Position numbers and translations under genes: made by a program. Below the pieces are notes generated by a model. The model saw only the letters and a program-made list of their open reading frames with translations. It was not told where the DNA came from and ran no database searches. DNA of 11,550 bases from a virus, in the UHGV virus genome UHGV-0196030, one strand, 5' to 3'. This document shows, piece by piece, positions 6,859 through 11,550 of this stretch; position 1 is the stretch's first letter, and each line of letters starts with the position of its first letter.

Positions 6859-6878
6859 CAGTTTAACCGGGGGTAAAT

Positions 6879-7283
6879 GTGGAGACTGAAGATAAAGAAA
6901 TCAATAACTTGCCTGTAAATGGCAACAGGTTAGCGAGAAAAAGGGCCAAATATACCATCGCGCTGGCGGAAGAAATTTGTTTGTTGGTAGCGGAAGGCCA
7001 TAGCCTACGTGAGATCGCGAAGATGCCAGACATGCCATCGTTACGCACTTTAATGCGGTGGCAATATGAACATCCAGATTTCAGAGAGCACATCGGTATT
7101 TTTAAGTGGATTCACGCCCAGGACGCAGCAGAGCAAGCTGTTGAAGCTATCAGAGATGTAGATCTGGAAGCGGAAGACGCGCCACTGAAATTAAAACAGG
7201 CTGAGGCATTAGCCCGCACTTTGTTAGGTCGTGCCAAATTGCTTGAGAGCAAAAACAATCCATTCAACGGGGGTGACAAATGA
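6879..7283 (+). CDS. Phage terminase small subunit (TerS)-like protein, 134 aa, GTG start
   Basis: N-terminal HTH region KYTIALAEEICLLVAEGHSLREIAKMPDMPSLRTLMRWQYEHPDFREHI matches the pattern I recall for TerS-family proteins (Y-T-x-E-L-A-x-x-I-C...G-x-S-L-R-x-I...M-P-S-x-x-T-x-x-R-W). G-rich SD at 6868..6872. Confidence 0.55.
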   Translation: METEDKEINNLPVNGNRLARKRAKYTIALAEEICLLVAEGHSLREIAKMPDMPSLRTLMRWQYEHPDFREHIGIFKWIHAQDAAEQAVEAIRDVDLEAEDAPLKLKQAEALARTLLGRAKLLESKNNPFNGGDK

Positions 7284-7789
7284 GCTTTATGGGTAAACAC
7301 AAGACTGGTGGTAAAGACGACGCACAGGGCTTGTTTAAGGCCGGGAAAAAGGCATCTTTAACGCCGGAAGAAAAAGATAGACAACTACAGCTTAAGCCAT
7401 TCAGCCAGTGGACAAAGCAGGATATCGCGATGTGGCGAGCCGTTAATATTGAACGCTGCCAGGAAGACGTAGACGACGGACTGATGGAAGATTTCGAACT
7501 GGACGATCTGATTAATTGTTGGGCCTTCGAGATCGTCGATGATGCGCTTATCCGTACCCGTACCGCGCCGCCGTGTGAGGAAATGATGCTGGGACTGATG
7601 AAGCCGACTACGGATCTGGTTGTTGGTTACTGTCAGATTGATGGCCTTGATAGCCTTGCCGCCGCCGATACAACCGACTCAATGGAACAAGCCGCACGCC
7701 AGCAACGGAAGATTGAACTGCAACGACGCCTACACCATGAGCGCAACGTACCAGGGCAAGAACTGGAAACCATCCCGCGCCGCCAGTAA
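7280..7789 (+). CDS. Hypothetical protein, 169 aa, translationally coupled to the terS-like gene
   Basis: ATG at 7280 overlaps the terS-like TGA stop (ATGA overlap at 7280..7283). GGGGG (7269..7273) serves as SD. Acidic, Cys-containing protein with no recognised motif. Confidence 0.5.
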   Translation: MSFMGKHKTGGKDDAQGLFKAGKKASLTPEEKDRQLQLKPFSQWTKQDIAMWRAVNIERCQEDVDDGLMEDFELDDLINCWAFEIVDDALIRTRTAPPCEEMMLGLMKPTTDLVVGYCQIDGLDSLAAADTTDSMEQAARQQRKIELQRRLHHERNVPGQELETIPRRQ

Positions 7790-7815
7790 TTTTCGGACAA
7801 GCGGGCGCGCAGCCA

Positions 7816-7841
7816 ACGCCAGGGGCATCCAGACTGGCGGA
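7816..7841 (+). repeat. Hairpin element ACGCCAGGGG-CAGACTGGCGGA, copy 1 (copy 2 at 9976..9999)
   Basis: Stem CGCCAG / CTGGCG conserved in both copies; the loops differ by a 2-nt indel. Each copy lies 10-27 nt after a stop codon (7789 and 9966). Confidence 0.45.
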
Positions 7842-8120
7842 ATATATCAATAGTGCGCATTAGATACATTATGTGAAAAACGACATGAGTATATATCAGT
7901 ACTGATTTTACTGGAAAAACTTGATTTTCAGTATCAATCCCAAAGAAGTATGGCTAATGCAGCTTTATAAGCAATTGATTCTATTAAGCGATGTTTTTTG
8001 TGATTGGTTGAAGCAAACCGGAATACGAAGACAGTGAAGCGGCAATAAACTGTTTCAATGTGAAATTATCAGAGTAAACAACAATTTTGGAGGTGTCCGC
8101 ACAACGCGGATAGCAATATC

Positions 8121-9966
8121 ATGAGTGGAAATCTTGGGACCATTTACTATGAGGTGGACGCCCGCACGGGTAAGCTACTGATGGCACAAGAAGAAGCGAA
8201 TCAGGCTTTTGATGCCATTGAGCGTGGCGCAAAACGTGCTGATAACGGCGTCAAAAAACTGAATACGCAGATGACCAAAACGTCTGCCGCAGTAAAATCA
8301 AATTTCTCATTTGCAATCAAAAACGCATCCTACCAGATAGCAGACCTTGCTACACAACTTCAGATGGGCGGTAATGCCATCCAGGTCTTTGCCGTTCAAG
8401 GGGCGCAGCTTGTCGCTGCATTTGGTACTGGCGGTGCGGTCATGGGTGCGGTCATGGCTATTGGCGGGGCAATTGCCAACAGCCTTACGGATAACATGGA
8501 TGACGCCACGGATAGAAAAATACATTGATGCGCTACTCCGCTACAGCAACGAGGTGCTAACAGCAGAAGAGCGTCAAACGGCGTTAAACGAGGCACTGAA
8601 TGCTGGGGCGTCTGCGGCAGCAATTGCCACTGGCGAAATGCTGATTAAACAGGAGCAGATCAAGCAAGAGAAGCTAAAAGGCAATGAGAACGCTGCGCTT
8701 GATATGGCGCTGGCTGAGGGCAAGTTAACGAAGGCGGATCACGATAGGCTTGTCCAGATGCGAGAAGAAACAAAGGAATTGGAGGAGAACAAACGCAAGG
8801 AAGAAGAGAACGCCAGGGAGAAAGAACGAGCAGCCAAACAGGCAGAAAGCGCGGCGAAACAGGCGGCGAAACAGGCGCAACGCGAACTTGAACAGCTTCA
8901 GAAACGCGGGCAAGGTGTAGCTGACAAGTACAACGTAGAGGGCGCAGCACAGCGTAAACTAAAAGAAGACCAGGAAGCGCTAAATGCAGCAATGGAAGCT
9001 GGCAAAATCAGCACAGAACAATATAACGCAGCGTGGGCCGGACTCCTGAGAACGGAGGCGCAACGCAAACAGCAAGCCGGATGGGATAATCTTGTCAGCC
9101 GGGAAGATAAGCTAAAAGGCCGTGTTGACCCAATCCAGCAGGTGATGAACGAATGGAATGTTCGCAAGCAAATGATGCTCGATTTAGGCGTCACTGAGGC
9201 AACCATGCGGCAAGCAGAGATCGACCACAAAGAACGAATTCTTAACCTTCAGTGGCAGCAATGGCAGGCGCAAAGCGATACTAACGCGCTTGTAGGTAAC
9301 ATGATTGATGGCCTCGCTTCCGGTGCTGGTAGCGCATTTACCGGACTGCTTAACGGATCTCAATCGTTCCAGGAATCACTTGCTAACATCGGAACGACCA
9401 TTATCAACCAGGTTGTTGGAAGCCTTGCGCAGATGGGGGCGGAATACGTTAAACAGCTTGTTATGGGTGAGGTTGCGCAGAAATCAGCCTCCGCATCAGC
9501 TACTGCAACGGCAGCGGCAACAGGCGCATCAATCGCATCATCAATGGCCCCAGCAGCAGCGGCGACAGCAACCGCGACAATGGGTACGGCCCCGATGGTG
9601 GCGATGTCTGCGATGTCGGCATTAATGACTGGCATTACAAGCCTATTTGGCGGACGTCGCTACAACGGCGGCGCGGTTAATGGCGGCAATATGTATCGAG
9701 TCGGTGAAAACAAAGTACCTGAACTATTCCAGACCAATAACGGACGGCAGTACATGATTCCGGGTGAGAATGGTCGCATCATTCCTGGTCGTGATATTGG
9801 TGGCGGTAACGTTAGCATAAACGCGCCTATAACCGTTTACCCACAAAACGGTTGGACCGAACAGGATAGCAAGGCATTGCAGCAGACGATTGAGAATACA
9901 GCGATGCGGTTGATGCAGAGAGAATCAACCAGGCCGGGCGGAATGCTCCAGGGTCGCCGCCGTTAA
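8121..9966 (+). pseudogene. Lambda gpH-like tail tape-measure gene, split by a frameshift near 8516..8528 into 8121..8528 and a second frame running to 9966
   Basis: N-terminal part (...YQIADLATQLQMGGNAIQVFAVQGAQLVAAFGTGGAVMGAVMAIGGAIANSL) resembles the lambda H region FTDVATQLAGGQSPWLILLQQGGQV. Downstream frame has coiled-coil KEEENAREKERAAKQAESAAKQAAKQAQRELEQLQKRG and a Gly/Ala/Thr-rich C-terminus ending GGMLQGRRR (lambda H ends GGLFSGGGR). The two frames are offset by +1, with an A5 run at 8516..8520 just before the frame-0 stop. No other tail genes are present. Confidence 0.6.
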
Positions 9967-10136
9967 CCAAATCCCACGCCAGGGGAACAGACTGGCGGAC
10001 CTTCAAAGACGGTCGCACACCGTGTTTAACATAATTTATTGTTTTTTGCTTGCTCTTATTATTGCAGCCGTTAGAGTTGGCGTGGCAGTTTTTCACCTGT
10101 TTCGCGTGTTGCTGTGTTTTTGGGGAAGAAAAACAA

Positions 10137-10232
10137 ATGAGAAGGCTTATATACCTGGTATTTATGCTATTTGCTATCGGGCAAGCCATAATTTTTATCA
10201 CAATGCTGATCTGTCTGATGCTCTTTGGTTAA
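10137..10232 (+). CDS. Small hydrophobic peptide, 31 aa (MRRLIYLVFMLFAIGQAIIFITMLICLMLFG): candidate small membrane protein or type I toxin-like peptide
   Basis: SD GGGGAAG (10122..10128) 8 nt before the ATG at 10137. Single predicted transmembrane helix after an N-terminal RR. The stop is followed within 10 nt by an intrinsic terminator. Confidence 0.4.
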   Translation: MRRLIYLVFMLFAIGQAIIFITMLICLMLFG

Positions 10233-10240
10233 CTCCACCA

Positions 10241-10260
10241 GGACCCGCGACGGGTTTTTA
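10241..10260 (+). terminator. Rho-independent terminator after the small hydrophobic ORF
   Basis: Stem ACCCG (10243..10247) / CGGGT (10251..10255), loop CGA, followed by TTTTT. Confidence 0.55.
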
Positions 10261-10431
10261 TACCATCATTATTAAATCTATTAATAATCATCAAACCATA
10301 ATTAGCACAACTTATAATCGAGCAAAAATCACACAACCTTGATAAGTTGAGCTAATGGCTATATGTTTTTCTGATGAAATCCTAATGGCGAAAACTTGCG
10401 ACGATACCGAAAAAACCGCGAAAATTGAAGT

Positions 10432-10541
10432 GTTCTTTCTTTTTTTGTTTTTTATTTTTTTATTTTCTCTTTTTCTTCTCTTTCCGGTTCTCTTCTTTTT
10501 CTGGTTTTGGTTTTTTCCTTTTTTATTTTTATTCTTTCTTC
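10432..10541. repeat. Polypyrimidine (T/C-rich) low-complexity tract of about 110 bp; polypurine on the minus strand
   Basis: GTTCTTTCTTTTTTTGTTTTTTATTTTTTTATTTTCTCTTTTTCTTCTCTTTCCGGTTCTCTTCTTTTTCTGGTTTTGGTTTTTTCCTTTTTTATTTTTATTCTTTCTTC; strongly pyrimidine-biased, with only scattered purines. Confidence 0.7.
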
Positions 10542-10687
10542 AGGGTTGTGCTAAAACACACCAAAACATTTTCGCCACAAAAGCGTTAATTTCATCCTGC
10601 CAGACCATTCACTTTCACCGGATACACAGCCGGATATATTCCCACTAACACCCCACCACCCAGCGCCACGCCTGATAACTACCGTAT

Positions 10688-10720
10688 TCAGGAAGGAAAT
10701 GCGAGTGATTTCACCGTCAC
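10688..10720. repeat. Right junction: the genuine eutA 3' end, partner of the imperfect repeat at 685..717 (attR-like)
   Basis: TCAGGAAGGAAATGCGAGTGATTTCACCGTCAC includes the eutA stop codon (TCA on +, TGA on minus). See the left-junction repeat. Confidence 0.45.
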
Positions 10721-11550
10721 CGGCACAACCGATCCGCCAAAAAGAGGCGTACCAATGTCGATATAGTCCCCCGCGCGGACAATCACTTCGTCAATGACTG
10801 CCAACGGGAGTTGTTGTAGCTGTGGGCGCAACAACATGCCCAGAGCTTTACCAAAGTCCTGCCCGGCCACCACCAGCAGGGGATGCGGATTCGGAAAACG
10901 CGCGACGAAATCGACCAGCGCGTTGATGACCGTCAGTACCGCGGCGTAACGCACAGGCAGCGAGGCGGGAAGCGCCAGCACGTACGCGTCAGTTTTGGGA
11001 TCAAGATCCAGCTGAAGCAGCGCCTGTTGCCAGGCACTCACCAGATCCGTTTCATCAATCGGGATCGCCACCGGCAAATTGCGCAGCGGCAGTTGTACGC
11101 CCTCCAGCCAGATTGTGCTGCCAGAGAGCGAAAGGGTATGTGCACCCGCGCCAATCACCGTGGCGCGTACGGTTTGCGCCGGAAACTGCACATTCATCTC
11201 ACGCAGGCGCGGATGGTCATGCAGCGCCGTTGCCAGAAGTGGGCCAATATCGGCAAAACAGAACGGGTCGGCGGGCTGGTGGCGATAACATTCGCCCACG
11301 CCTCCAGAAAGCGTAATGATTTCGGGCGTAACACCTGCGGGCAGCAAACCGGTTTGCATCAATGCCTGCGCGAGCGGCGAAAGCGTTCCGTCAATCACTT
11401 CGACAATCAGCGCCGCCATCCGCCGGGTAACCTGCACCAGCTGCGCGCCGGTCAGCGAACGGGCGTCAGTGCCTGCACCGAAGCACTCATCCACAATCAT
11501 CTGCCCCGGTTTATGAGCGTAAACCACGCGCCCGTGGCTGTCGGTTTCCA
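10688..11550 (-). CDS. eutA: Ethanolamine utilisation protein EutA (ethanolamine ammonia-lyase reactivase), C-terminal ~287 codons; gene continues past the window end
   Basis: Minus-strand frame open from the window end to the stop at 10688..10690, ending ...GTPLFGGSVVPVTVKSLAFPS. Lies directly upstream of eutB in operon orientation, as in the eut operon order eutA then eutB. Confidence 0.85.
   Translation of the reverse strand, partial: ETDSHGRVVYAHKPGQMIVDECFGAGTDARSLTGAQLVQVTRRMAALIVEVIDGTLSPLAQALMQTGLLPAGVTPEIITLSGGVGECYRHQPADPFCFADIGPLLATALHDHPRLREMNVQFPAQTVRATVIGAGAHTLSLSGSTIWLEGVQLPLRNLPVAIPIDETDLVSAWQQALLQLDLDPKTDAYVLALPASLPVRYAAVLTVINALVDFVARFPNPHPLLVVAGQDFGKALGMLLRPQLQQLPLAVIDEVIVRAGDYIDIGTPLFGGSVVPVTVKSLAFPS

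Larger units (their letters stand above)
685..10720 (+). mobile_element. Integrative element (CPZ-55-like cryptic prophage or degraded phage-satellite island) inserted between eutA and eutB
   Basis: Bounded by imperfect direct repeats derived from the eutA 3' end. Carries a P4-type integrase at the left end, an AlpA-family regulator, HNH and TerS-like packaging genes and a tape-measure remnant. All element genes are on the strand opposite to eutA/eutB. The locus matches the CPZ-55 site of E. coli K-12 from memory. Confidence 0.8.

Noticed and set aside
8396-9635. Several minus-strand ORFs (8396..8623, 8660..8992, 8725..8913, 8898..9230, 9360..9635) and + ORF 9305..9625
   Set aside because: All lie inside the tape-measure-like coding region in other frames or strands. 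The repetitive Ala/Gln/Lys-rich coding sequence generates long spurious ORFs.
10355-10648. 97-aa ORF with a Phe/Leu-rich middle
   Set aside because: The hydrophobic stretch is just the translation of the polypyrimidine tract; no ribosome-binding site; likely artefact, though not excluded.
11079-11516. Three + strand ORFs (11079..11288, 11113..11316, 11316..11516)
   Set aside because: Antisense within the eutA coding region.
1-11550. CRISPR arrays, rRNA or tRNA genes
   Set aside because: No regularly spaced identical repeats with unique spacers and no rRNA- or tRNA-like sequences were seen. The direct repeats present are short iteron or operator-type repeats.

Overview
This window is a roughly 10 kb integrative element inserted in the ethanolamine-utilisation (eut) operon, between eutA and eutB, with every element gene on the + strand. 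The flanks are the 5' part of eutB (1..673, minus) and the 3' part of eutA (10688..11550, minus). This is the locus where E. coli K-12 carries the cryptic prophage CPZ-55, though the insert here appears longer than my recollection of the K-12 copy. Left to right the element encodes a P4-type tyrosine integrase with no canonical start codon where its N-terminal homology begins, a winged-helix protein followed by iteron-like repeats, a 206-aa putative DNA-binding protein, an AlpA-family regulator, an HNH_3-type endonuclease, four hypothetical proteins, a small-terminase (TerS)-like protein, and a frameshifted lambda-H-like tail tape-measure remnant. No primase, large terminase, portal or capsid gene is present, so it looks like a degraded satellite or PICI-like element rather than a complete prophage. 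The most interesting candidate is a putative ~90-nt minus-strand sRNA (4584..4671) carrying an exact 14-nt complement of the ribosome-binding region of the HNH gene. Other leads are helically phased iterons upstream of the terS-like gene, a 31-codon hydrophobic ORF with its own Shine-Dalgarno (SD) and terminator, and a ~110-bp polypyrimidine tract. All calls are from reading the sequence; no database search was run, so family assignments rest on remembered motifs.
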